Assembly (NCBI RefSeq): GCF_009914755.1
Contig: NC_060925.1
Reading direction: 5' to 3' (one strand)
From: the human T2T-CHM13v2.0 reference genome, Homo sapiens
Length of the DNA stretch: 64,000 nt
This document shows positions 53,775 to 64,000 of the stretch, piece after piece; the first letter of the stretch is position 1, and every line of letters begins with the position of its first letter. The notes under the pieces were generated by a model. The model was not told where the DNA came from and made no database searches. It worked only from the letters and a program-made list of their open reading frames with translations. A program made the position numbers and the translations under genes.

Positions 53775-55231
53775 CTGCAAGGGTGCCACAGTCACTGCCC
53801 ATGCCCTTGGGACCGATGCCCTGGAGCCCACCCTGTACTGACGCCCCTGGCCATCCCCCACCCCACCCTCACTGCCCCAGGGTCCACCTGGTGCCAACGC
53901 TCCCAGTCCCACCCTTGCTGCCCCACGGCTCACCCAGTTCCAACGCCCCTGGCAATTCCTCACCCCACCCTCTCTGTGCCAGGGTCCGCCCTGTGCCATC
54001 ACCCCGATCCTCCCCTACTGCCTCGCTGCCTCCACCAGCCCCTGGCTGTGTGTCCATGAGCCTGGGAGCTTCTGCCTGTCTGAGCACTAGGAGGTTGGCC
54101 GTGTGTTGCGATGTGGCCATTTGAGCCTTTGGGGGCGTTTTGTCTCCCCATAGGTGGGGGTCCCACAGCGGCCAGGGACTGTGTGTCCCCACCTTGGTGC
54201 AGAGGAGTAGGTAGGGAGGGGAGTCGTGAGCCCGCTCTGGGCTGCAGTCTGAGCCGCATCTGTCTGCTGATGGCATTGGTGGGCTGGGACTCTCAGGGTT
54301 CCCGAGCCTAGGACTTCTCCATCCCATGGAGGTGGAGACTCCGCCCCAGTGGGCCCACTGGAGCAAGGTCCAAATGAGAAGCAGAGGAAGGGGCTTTTAG
54401 GTCATGAAGGGTCAACAGGCGCCAGGGAGTCCTTCAGACGACGCGGAGCAAAAGCCCAGCACGGCCAAGTAGGACCAGGTCGCTGGGCGAGGGGAGACCT
54501 CCACCCCACAACGTCCCCTCTCCGCGACTCCATCCGAAGGAGGCCCAATGCTGCCCCCTGCTGGCTGCTGGTGGGCACACGGGTTCCCCAAGCTGAGCAA
54601 GAGGATGCAGGTTCAGGGCATCCGAACCTGGGCAGGGCAAGGAGATCAGGACCCAAACCGGGCCCCAGGGGGAGGAAGACGCGAGAAGGCCCTCACCCCA
54701 GGCCCCAAGGCCTGAATCCCACCAGAGTGTAACCTTTAGACCCCAGTTCAAACAGGAACCCGGGATAGCACCTGAGGCAGGTAAGGGTCTGCCTTTCCTG
54801 GGAGCAGGGGGTCTTGGAGGCAGGAGGGAAGGTCCCCTCTGCTACCCACCCCAAGGCAGGGTTGCATCCAAGCCTGGTTTATGTGAGAGACTTGGAGAGA
54901 AGCTCGGCCTGCAGTCGGTTCCTGGCCCTTATGCTTCGTAACCACAGTGGAAGCAAGTACGACAAAGCAGCTACGCATGCAGGGAAACTGCCGGCCCCGG
55001 GGACCTGCCCCAGCCGATTTCCATGACAACCCATGGGACCAGGACCCAGATAAGGAGACTGAGGGTCAGGTAGGTGAGGGCCTGCAGCAGGTGCAGAGCT
55101 GGGGCTGAATGCAGTCGCCTGGTCCAAAGCCCAGACTGTGGGGTCCAGCGCCAGGGCCACGGGAGGCCTGTGCCCTCTTCCCAGCTGGGCCCATTTCCAC
55201 CTGCCCTCTGTCACCCCCCAGGCCTCCTCAC

Positions 55232-55457
55232 CTGGTTGGCGTCATAGAAGAAGCCCCTCCTCAGCTGCAGCAGGGCCAGTCGTGCCAGCACAGGGGCTGC
55301 CTGGGGCCTCCGGGATAGGGCCACCAGCAGGGCCTTGTGGGTCTCCTCCAGGCGGCCCAGGCGGTACAGGGCATCAGCCGCCAGGAGGCGAGAGGCCTCG
55401 TCCTCTGAATCCAGCTCCATCAGCAGTGTGGCCAGCTGGTGCACGCCGCAGGCGACC
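55232..55457 (-). CDS. TTC34: TTC34 coding exon (226 bp), TPR
   Basis: Acceptor tctccacacag|G and donor CAG|gtgagg. Encodes VACGVHQLATLLMELDSEDEASRLLAADALYRLGRLEETHKALLVALSRRPQAAPVLARLALLQLRRGFFYDANQ. Phase 2 in, phase 0 out. Confidence 0.93.
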
Positions 55458-56003
55458 CTGTGTGGAGATCAGCTCAGGGGGGCATGCCCCTTTTGACAAC
55501 CCCTCCACCTGCCCAGGTGATTGGGCAGTGGGGAAATCCCGTCTCCATGTACCTGGCCTGGGCAGCTCCCTCCGGAGGGACCCTCACGCCACACCATCCC
55601 CAGAAGCCAAAGGTGCCCTTCCTAGCATGCGGCCCTCACGCTCTCCCTTGCCCTTCCCCTACCCTGTGGGAGGTGGGATTGTGGCGGTATAGACAGGCAG
55701 AGGCAGGGCTGACCCTGTGTGGACCCTGCCTCAGTTTCCTTTTCTGCAAAAACACAGACGAACAATTTGGCCTTGCTGGGCTCAGGGGTGTGCCTATAGG
55801 CAGAACAAGAAAACACATGGCTGCACCTGGCATGTTCCTGTGCCCATGTGGGAATGTTACTGAGTGCTCACTGGGAAATGGGGCCAGATCCTCAAATTTG
55901 ACAATTTCCAGAGAACAAATATAAATGCCATCACATAATGAAAGTTTCTTACCAGCAGCAAATCAAAGCCACGCAAATTAAACACCCAGAAGGCAGAGGA
56001 ACT

Positions 56004-56196
56004 CTGTGTGTTTTGTGTGCGTTATGTACATGTTGTGTGTTGTGTGTGTGTTATGTACATGTTGTGTGTTGTATGTGTGTTATGTACATGTGTGTTGTGT
56101 GTGTTGTGTGTGTTGTATGTGTGGTGTGTATGGTGTGTGTCTGGTGTGTTGTGTGTGTGTTATGTATGTGTTGTGCGTGTGTGTGTTGTGTGTGTG
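56004..56196. repeat. Degenerate (TG)n microsatellite
   Basis: About 190 bp of tgtgtgt/tgttg/tatgta. Confidence 0.92.
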
Positions 56197-56562
56197 CCTT
56201 GGGGTGGACGCTGACATCAATGATGCCCCTCCAAGAACCGCCCCCACCCCCCGGACTCAGTGCTTTTAACTTTGCTGAAACCCCTTCCTGCCACCTCCCA
56301 GCAATTACACGAGGGAAGTCAAAGCAGCTAGGGATTCACCCACTGGGCTTTGGGCTGGCAAATAATTTGCAAAATGAGCATCAAGGGTGAGTGGGGGATG
56401 GGCGGTGGCCAGATTGTGGTGGGAGGAGGGCAGCTCCTGAAGTCAAGGATCCTACAAGTGGCGGCGCTTCCTGACCCGGGAACTGCATGCCTGTCTCCGT
56501 CTCATGGAGAGAACATCCTGGAGACAGGACATTACCCACGAGGGATTACAGCTAAGAACAAA

Positions 56563-56860
56563 GGCCAGGCGCGGTGGCTCACCTGGAATCCCAGCACTTT
56601 GGGAGGCCCGGGTGGGAGGATCACTTGAGGTCAGGAGTTCGAGACCAGCCTGGCCACCATGGTGAAACCCCATGCCACTAAAAATATAAAGATTAGCTGG
56701 GCGTGGTGATCCCAGCTACTTGGGACGCTGAGGCAGAAGAATGGCCTGAACCCAGGAGGCGGAGGTTGCAGCAAGCCAAGATTGCGCCATTGCACTCCAG
56801 CCTGGGCGGCAGAGTAAGACTCCATCTCAAAGAACAAAAAACAAAACAAAACAAAACAAA
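56563..56860 (+). mobile_element. Alu (AluS-like) with (CAAAA)n tail
   Basis: ggccaggcgcggtggctcac...gaggtcaggagttcgagaccagcctggcc...agtaagactccatctc followed by an A-rich tail. Confidence 0.94.
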
Positions 56861-57049
56861 CCAACCCCAGGACTGCTGGAAGGAGTAGTGGCAGGGGCGC
56901 AGGTCGGGGCGGTGCTGCCGGAAACACATTTAGCCACAAAGGGAATCGTCATGACCTATTGAGTAAGAAAATTAGCATATGAACAGCATGTCCAGCACAG
57001 ACTCGGTTTGGTGAGCTATTTTACATGCACCAAACGAAAGGCCTGGAAG

Positions 57050-58360
57050 GAAATGTGAGCCGCGGATTTCCATTTCCGGACTGCGGCCCGGTCGATGGAA
57101 GCAGCGGAGCTAGACCTGCCTCGGGTGCTTTGGGAAGTCACCAGCCACTGCCTCCGTTCATTCCTTTGTAAAATAGGAGGAAACACATCCGTCGCTACCT
57201 CGAAGGAGACCCGCAGGAAGCAGCGGCCCCAGCGTGCCCGGGCGGGTCCTCACCCCTCCTGCGTGGTGGGGCCGCCCGTCTCTGCGGCCTCCCTCCGGCC
57301 CTGCGCTCTGGACGGCCCGGCGCGTGGAGATCGCTGCAGCATCCCACGGGCCTCCTCCCGCAGCACCACCAGCAGCAGCCCCCGCTGGTTCCAGGGCACG
57401 TAGGCCTTGGCGGCCAGCAGCGCCTCCTCGGGCCGCAGCCTGCAGGCGGTGACATAGTCCAGCGTGCCCAGGAACGCGCTGCCCGCCAGCACCCGCAGCA
57501 GTCCCCGGCCGCACAGCGCGCGCACACAGCCCCCCGGGTGCGGCGCCCCCTGCTCCACTACCGTCTGGAAGTCCTCCATGGCGCGCCGCGAGTCCCCGGC
57601 GTGCAGCGCGCAGAAGCCGCGCAGAGCCAGGAGAGGTGCGCGGTCCCCTGCACGGTCCCCCGCAGGGTCCTCAGGGCGTGCGGGCCGCAGCAGGCGCTCG
57701 CACATGGCCCGGGCGCCCGCCGCGTCCCCTGCCAGCAGCAGGCACTCGGCGAGGCGGGCTCCCAGCGCGGGTCGCGCCCCGGCAGGCGCCAGGCGAAGCA
57801 GGACGCGGAGCGCGCGGGTTACCGGGGCCAGCAGCTCGCGGCCCGCATCCTCGCGGAGCTCAGGGTGGTTCCGCACGGCTTCCTGGAAGCGGGCGAAGCC
57901 CACGTCCGCGGCCTCCTGCGCCTGAGCCCGGACGCGCTCCTGGTCCTGGACAGAGAACACGGCCTGGAACTGCCTCCGCGCCCCAGAGGGGCTCTCGCGG
58001 AAGGCCTCCTGCAGGTTCCAAAACACGTCCTGGGCCCGGCCGTCCAGGAAGAAGGCCGAGGCCGCGCGGGTGACCAGCAGGGCGGCTCGGCGCTCACCTG
58101 CGGAGAGAAACAGAGGCGTGGGTTCTGCCTGGGGGGCCGACTCCCCGGGGGTGCCACCTGCAAGTCCCCACCAGGTCCAGGGCTTGGACTCAGGAGACTG
58201 TGAGTCCTCCTGCCCGAGGCATCTCCCTCCAGTCTCCAGGTGGCCCTGGGTATGGCACCGCCAGGACACCAGCTGGCAGGAGGCCCGACGCCCATGAGCG
58301 ACGGGGCAGGTTGAGAACCGTGCTGGGCAAGCGGCGAGGGGGCAGCCGCCCGGCCTGCCA
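57050..58360. promoter_or_regulatory. Intragenic CpG island covering the large TTC34 exon
   Basis: Visibly very GC- and CpG-dense (gcgcgcgc, cgcgg, ccgcgg) relative to the flanks. The observed/expected ratio was not computed. Confidence 0.8.
57254..58097 (-). CDS. TTC34: TTC34 large coding exon (844 bp), TPR-like helices
   Basis: Acceptor tgtttctctccgcag|GT and donor GAGGG|gtgagg. Open throughout: ERRAALLVTRAASAFFLDG...RALCGRGLLRVLAG...MLQRSPRAGPSRAQGRREAAETGGPTTQE(G). The phase-2 end joins the next exon in frame. MLQRSPRAG... matches the N-terminus of the short TTC34 model as I recall it. Confidence 0.9.
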
Positions 58361-58659
58361 GCGACACTGTGCTCTCAGGGTGGGTTCAGAGTCACTCCCA
58401 CCGCTCAGTGCAAACCAAATTCAGTTACAACGCCTTTCCCTTGCCTGACATTTAAATAATGGGTTTTAGGATTGAGTTTCCTCCTCTGGGAATCAGTGCC
58501 CCTCCACTCCCAGGGCAGAGCTGAAGCTCCAACTCTATGACCTTTGCAGTGGCCATTTATTCCTGGGCGCCTTTGTTTCTTGCCTTCTTTGGGCCAAGTG
58601 GGGACCCAGCCCTTCCCTCTCTGAAGCAGAGCTCTTCTCTCAGGTCTAGGACTGGAGGG

Positions 58660-58830
58660 GCATGCCCTGCTGCTTACTGAGGGTGGACCTGGGCATTTAC
58701 GGAGTCTCCTGCGTCTGTTCCCTGGTCTGCACTATAATGGGTTATAATGATCCACGCTCGCAGGGGGTGAGGATTAAACGGATCTACCTACATCCAGTGC
58801 CTGGAAGGGGCCTGGTGCATCGTGTGAGTC
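58660..58830 (+). mobile_element. Degenerate MIR
   Basis: Resembles the MIR core and 3' part: ctgggc...ctgcactataatgggttataatg...gtgaggattaaa...cagtgcctgg. Confidence 0.5.
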
Positions 58831-59756
58831 AGTGAGGTCAGGGGCAGCATCCCCACCCCCACTCCCCCAGCACCCTCCCCGCGCACCTGCCCCCCACCCC
58901 AGTGTGTCTGAGCAAACGTGAATGGGGCTTTCTGACTGGTAAGGGAAGTGTAGCTGCCCCATCCCAAAAAGGGCCCCAGGCAGGGTGCACAGGCCACTGG
59001 GAGAGGCGGGGATACTCCGTGCTGGGCGGGCTTCAGGTCATGGCCCTTATTTTCACAGGTTACGAAGGTGCTGCAGGGGAGGGACGTTCTGAGGGTCCAT
59101 CCCAGACCTCTGAACCTCTGCTTCAGTGCTTTTTGCACTGACTCCTTCAGAATTTTCAAACAGCTTTTCCTTATAACCCCATTCAATAGCAACAACAGCA
59201 ACAATCTGCTGCATTCAAACAGGATTCTGGAGAGGGCAAAATACCACGCAGGGCACAGAAGCAAAGCCGCTGCGGTCACTGCCCTGCTGCTGTTGCGGTA
59301 AGCGCCGAGTCCAGCACAGAAGGTGTCTCGTGCCCTGAGACTAGCCATGCAAGCAGCCACAAGGTCACTCTGTCTAGTTCTGGTGGCCAAAGTAAAAGAC
59401 ACTTTGAGCCTTTCCTGCCAGCTACTGACCCTTGAACACAACATTACCCCTGATTTTTGCAGTGGCTCATGGATCCGAGGGAGCTGCAGCCAGGGGAGAA
59501 CCCTTGGGACCTGAGGGTGATGGGGCGCTGTTATTTATGTTCCCACGTGAAAGGGTGATCTCTCCTCTCTTTCCGAGATTCCAGTTACACACACGAGACT
59601 TTGATATTGTCCCCAGGTCACCCAGCCTCTGTTCATTTTTCTTCTGTTCTTCGTATCGAGTAATTTCTATTCTGTCTTCAAGTTCACCGACCCTTCTACT
59701 GTCGCTAATATTTTCATTTCAATTATTGCACTGTTCAACTCTAGACTTGCCATATG

Positions 59757-59757
<1 letters not shown>

Positions 59758-59807
<50 letters not shown>

Positions 59808-60070
59808 CAGGGTCTTGCTCCATCACCCAGGCTGGAGTGCAGTGGTGTAAATACGGCTCACTGTAACCTTGACCTCCTGGGCTCAGCCTCCTGTGTAGTT
59901 GGGACTACAGGCATGCACCACCATACCCAGCTCACTTTTGGATGTTTTTTGGAGTTGGAGTCTCACTTTGTCACCCAGGGTGGTCTTGAACTTCTGGGCC
60001 CAGGTGATCCTCCCGCCTCAGCCTCCCAAAGTACTGGTACTCCTTTTTATAAGGAACCATGCCTAGCCTG
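59758..60070 (-). mobile_element. Diverged Alu (AluJ-like) with a pure T45 tract
   Basis: T-run 59758-59802, then agacagggtcttgctccatcacccaggctggagtgcagtgg...cctcagcctcccaaagt. Confidence 0.88.
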
Positions 60071-61774
60071 GTTCCTTTATATGATTTCCATTTATCTATG
60101 AAGATTCCACATCAGTTCAATCGTTAGGTCCACATTTTCCTGAAGTCAGTTTTTAGGGATTTCTTTTTCTCCTTACTGTAGCTCATATTTTATTTTCCTG
60201 TCTCTTTGCATGAATAGTAGTTTCTTCCCACACACCAGGCATGATGGACACTTTGTGGAGACTCTGGGTTCAGTTACATTCCTCTGAAGAGAGCTGAGTT
60301 TTGTTTTAGTAGCAGTGAAATTGGCTGGGTTTAAACTCCAAATTCTATTGCTTTTTGGTGGACAGAGCTGAAGTCTCCATTTAGCTTTTGCAGCTTCCAG
60401 TGCCTGTTCTTTCAGCCCAGCTAGTCTTTACCTCTGTATGTGCAGTTCTGTAGGCTGGAGATTTAAGTAGATTTAATACACAGATTTGGTGCTGCACCCC
60501 CTCTGTGGCTCCCTCCTTTTCAAGATTCTTCATCTAACTTTCCATCCATTTTTCTCAGCCCTGAACTGTCCTGTGCTACCTCAAGCCAGGAGAACGCCAG
60601 CATCTGCTGAACAATGACTCATAGATTGAGGAGCCCCCTCAGGTGAAGAGCTGCGGGGTGCACATCTCACCTCACACAACACCATTGTTCAAGGGTCAGC
60701 TACTAGTTTCTGCCTGCATGTGGTTACGAATCCATGCCTTCAAATAGTCACTTTTTATATTTTGTCCAGCTTTTATAATCGTTATCTGTGGGACATGTAG
60801 GCAAGCTATTCCACAGTGACTTGAAGCCAACTTGAAGCCAGATCTTCTATTGTTAGATAGACAATTTTTGACTGGCTGAGAGGAATGTAAATGCTATCAC
60901 ATTATTGTTTTAATTTCTATTTTCCTGATGACTAGTGAGGTTTACTTATTAATTTTTTTCCCCAATCTGGTGGGTGGAAAATGGTCTCTCATTGTTTTAA
61001 TTTTGCATTTGTCTCATTACTATGATGCTGAATATTGTTCACATGTTTTATTAGCCATCTGTGTTTCCTCTTTTGGGGAATGCTTTTGCCAAGTCTTGTA
61101 TTGAATTTTTTTTCTTATTGATATGTAGGAGTTCTTCAAATACTCTGCATACTAATTTATCTGCTCATTGTATATTTTGCAAGCATTTTTCTCCTTTTGT
61201 GGATCGTCTTTATTTTCTATAGTTATGGGCAAAATAGAAGTTTTAAATTTTAGTTTAATCAGATGTATTAAATTTTTCTTTATTGATTCCCTGTTTTGTA
61301 TCTTAAGAAGCCCACCTGTACATAGAAATCTTAATGACATTCTCAGATATTTTCTTTTAGAAACTGTAAAATGCAGCAATTTCCACCTGGGATTCGCTTT
61401 TTTGCAAGGTGAGAGGTAGGAAATCAGTACCCTCCATTGAATAATGCTCCTTTTCTTTCTCTATAGATTTGCAACACTCATCTGTCACCTGTTAAGTTTT
61501 AGATCGACGTGGGTCCACTTCTGAGCTCTCTAATTCATTTTATTGGTCTTTCTATCTATTCCTGAAGTCAATAAACTTCCGTATTGATTAGTATAGCTTC
61601 ATATTAACTGGTAGAGCAAATCCTTCTACTGCCACCTCTTCCTTCTCCATCTTCTGCTTCTCCTTCTCCTCTTCTCCCCCATCCCACCTCCCCACTCCCC
61701 TACCTCTCCCTTCCCCTCCTCGCCCTCCTTCTTCTTCTGTGGACAGTGAATATCTCTCCATTTATATAGATATT

Positions 61775-62075
<301 letters not shown>

Positions 62076-62754
62076 TATAGGTATTCTTTATTATCTTTCA
62101 ATAAAGTTTTATACTTTTTCCATAAAGTCATGTGACTCTTAGAACTTAATCATTTTCTGTCCCTGTGGTAAATGGGACACAGGGCATCTATTTGTTGCTG
62201 GTATTTATAAATATAAATAATGTTTTGCATATTTTGTTAAATTTTGCTACAATGTCTAATACCTTTTTGTTGCTTCTTTTGGAATTTCTATATACATAGC
62301 TAATCATATTGCCTGGAATAATTATAACTTTGTGACTTCCTTTCTGGTCTTACATGTTCTGTCTTGTTTTCTTACCTTATTGCATTGGCTAGGATCTCTA
62401 GCACAATGATGAGTAACTGGGAGAGTGCACAGCCTCCTCGTAATTGATTTTAAATGGAAGGCTTCTGAATTGTCACCATTGAGTATGATATTTATGGTGG
62501 GTTTGGGATAGATATTATCTTTTTCAATTAAGTAAGTTTTCTTCTGTTTCTTGATTGTTAAAATTCTGGGAATGTGAAATATTATAAAACAGTTTTTCTG
62601 AATCTACTGCAATGATAATATGTTCTTTATTCCATTAATTATTAATGTAGTGAATTATATAATTCTGGAAACATAAAATTTTAAGTTCTATATTATAATA
62701 TTTGACGAAATGTTGGCTAAAATGCATCAAAACTGATGTTTTGACCTGGTCAGC

Positions 62755-63470
62755 AGTTATTTCAGCTAACTATTCCTGCATAACCATCCACTGTAAAACT
62801 TAGTGGCTTAAAACAACAATCAAGCCTGGGCAACGTGGTGAGACCCCATCTCTACAAAAAAAAAAAAAAATTAGCCAGTTGTGATGGTGTGTACCTATAG
62901 TCCCAGCTACTTGGGAGGCTGAGGCAGGAGGACTGCTTGAGCCTGGGAGATTGAGTGCAGTGAGCCATGATCACACAACTGCACTCCAGCCTGGGAGACA
63001 GAGCAAGACCCTGTCTCAAAAAGGAAAATCCAACCATTTATATTTGCCCATAATTATTCCTCAGTTTGGGCTGGCCTAAGCTGGACAGTTCTTCTGTTGG
63101 TCTTACCAGGGGTCACTCAGGTGGCTGCAGCCATCCAGTGGCTTTACCGGACAAGAGACTCTAAGGTGGCCTCACTCATGTGTCCGGGGCCTTGGTGATG
63201 GCTGTCAGCTGAGCCTCTGTCTGTGTGTTCTCTCACTGGTCATGATTCCAGCTTCCTTACATGGCCCTGGGAGAATTCCAAGGTGAAGGTGGAAGCCGTG
63301 GGGCCTCTGAGGCTTGGGCTCCTGAAGCACAAGCCATCACTTCTACCATATTCTACTGGTCCCAGCAAGGCACAAGGCCATGCCAGATTCTGTACGGAGA
63401 ACAGACCCTGCATCTTGCTGGGAGGAAAGCAGGAATCACAGCTATGCTTTGTCACCTTTCCTAGCGCTCT
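62755..63470. mobile_element. MaLR LTR (MLT1-type) split by an Alu
   Basis: The MLT1 phrase aaaacttagtggcttaaaacaacaa resumes after the Alu as catttat...tttgggctgg...ctggacagttcttctg. Confidence 0.7.
62822..63022 (+). mobile_element. 5'-truncated Alu (AluJ-like)
   Basis: agcctgggcaacgtggtgagaccccatctctacaaaa...gcttgagcctgggag...gagcaagaccctgtctcaaaaa. Confidence 0.88.
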
Positions 63471-63679
63471 TAATGAAGAACCTTAAACAAATTGGAAGTG
63501 GTCATCCCAGTCCTTTGGTAAGACAAACACGTAGGGAGCCATGGTACCTGGATGCTTACTTAGCAGCTACCTTGAGGGAAAGTGGTATTTATTCTGTATC
63601 TTGTCCTCATACATCGTGTATCGCTGCATGTCTACTTACTAAAGAGGGCAAAGAAAGTTCCCAGATTATAGAAGGGTTT

Positions 63680-64000
63680 TGCTACAGTTTGAATGTTTGT
63701 TCCCTCCAAAACTCATGCTGAAACTTAACTGCCATTGTAATGGTATTGACAGGTCAGATCTTTGAAGATGATTAGGCCATGAGGGCTCTGCTCTTGTGGG
63801 TGGGATTAATGCAAGTTCAGCCCCTTTCGCCTCTTTGCTCTTCTGTCTTGTGCCAAGTGAGGATGCAGCATTCAAGGCGCCATCTTGGAATCCGAATCCC
63901 CAAGCCTGTTGGGGCCTTGGTTTTGGGCTTCCAGCGTCCAGAACTGGAGCTCATTCATTTCTACTCATTATGGATCACCCAGCCCGTGGCATTCTGTCAC
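63680..64000 (+). mobile_element. MaLR LTR (MST-type, MSTD-like), open at the right edge
   Basis: Starts tgctacagtttgaatgtttgttccctccaaaactcatg...gattaggccatgagggctctgc, later caaggcgccatcttggaa. Confidence 0.78.

Noticed and set aside
52571-54732. Overlapping 100-240 aa ORFs on both strands
   Set aside because: Explained by high GC and the 10-bp and 75-bp repeats. Only 53570-53774 has splice sites and phase consistent with TTC34.
55938-56390. Cys/Val-rich ORFs
   Set aside because: Translations of the (TG)n microsatellite.
57095-58297. Several + strand ORFs over the CpG island
   Set aside because: Antisense shadows of a GC-rich coding exon with low-complexity Arg/Pro/Ala translations.
58788-59444. 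218-aa minus-strand ORF upstream of the large TTC34 exon
   Set aside because: Non-ATG start, no recognisable domain or TPR pattern, and no convincing splice pair in phase with the 58097 acceptor.

Overview
Primate DNA, almost certainly human 1p36.32, inside the minus-strand gene TTC34. Positions 1 to ~45,275 are one continuous tandem array of a ~40-bp unit (+ strand consensus CCCCCAGGTGAGCATCTGACAGCCTGGA(A/G)CAGCACCCACA). It holds roughly 1,100 copies here and runs off the left edge. From recall it matches the D1Z2 midisatellite, and it lies in a TTC34 intron. The array has internal structure: a mosaic left domain (1-~24 kb), nested higher-order repeats on the right (203, 407, 3,542 and 7,624 bp), and two copies of a short fold-back inversion. 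Positions ~45.3-64 kb hold four TTC34 coding exons that splice in frame (58097-57254, 55457-55232, 53774-53570, 51506-51340), a CpG island, and L1, Alu, MIR, Tigger-MITE, LTR13-like and MaLR elements. The many long Cys/Gly-rich ORFs arise because the minus strand of the repeat has no stop codon; they are not supported as genes. I cannot establish a new biological system from the sequence alone. The best leads are properties of the repeat unit (two E-boxes plus a TALE site toggled at CpG positions, an antisense splice-donor array, one peptide in all three frames) and the array's internal history.
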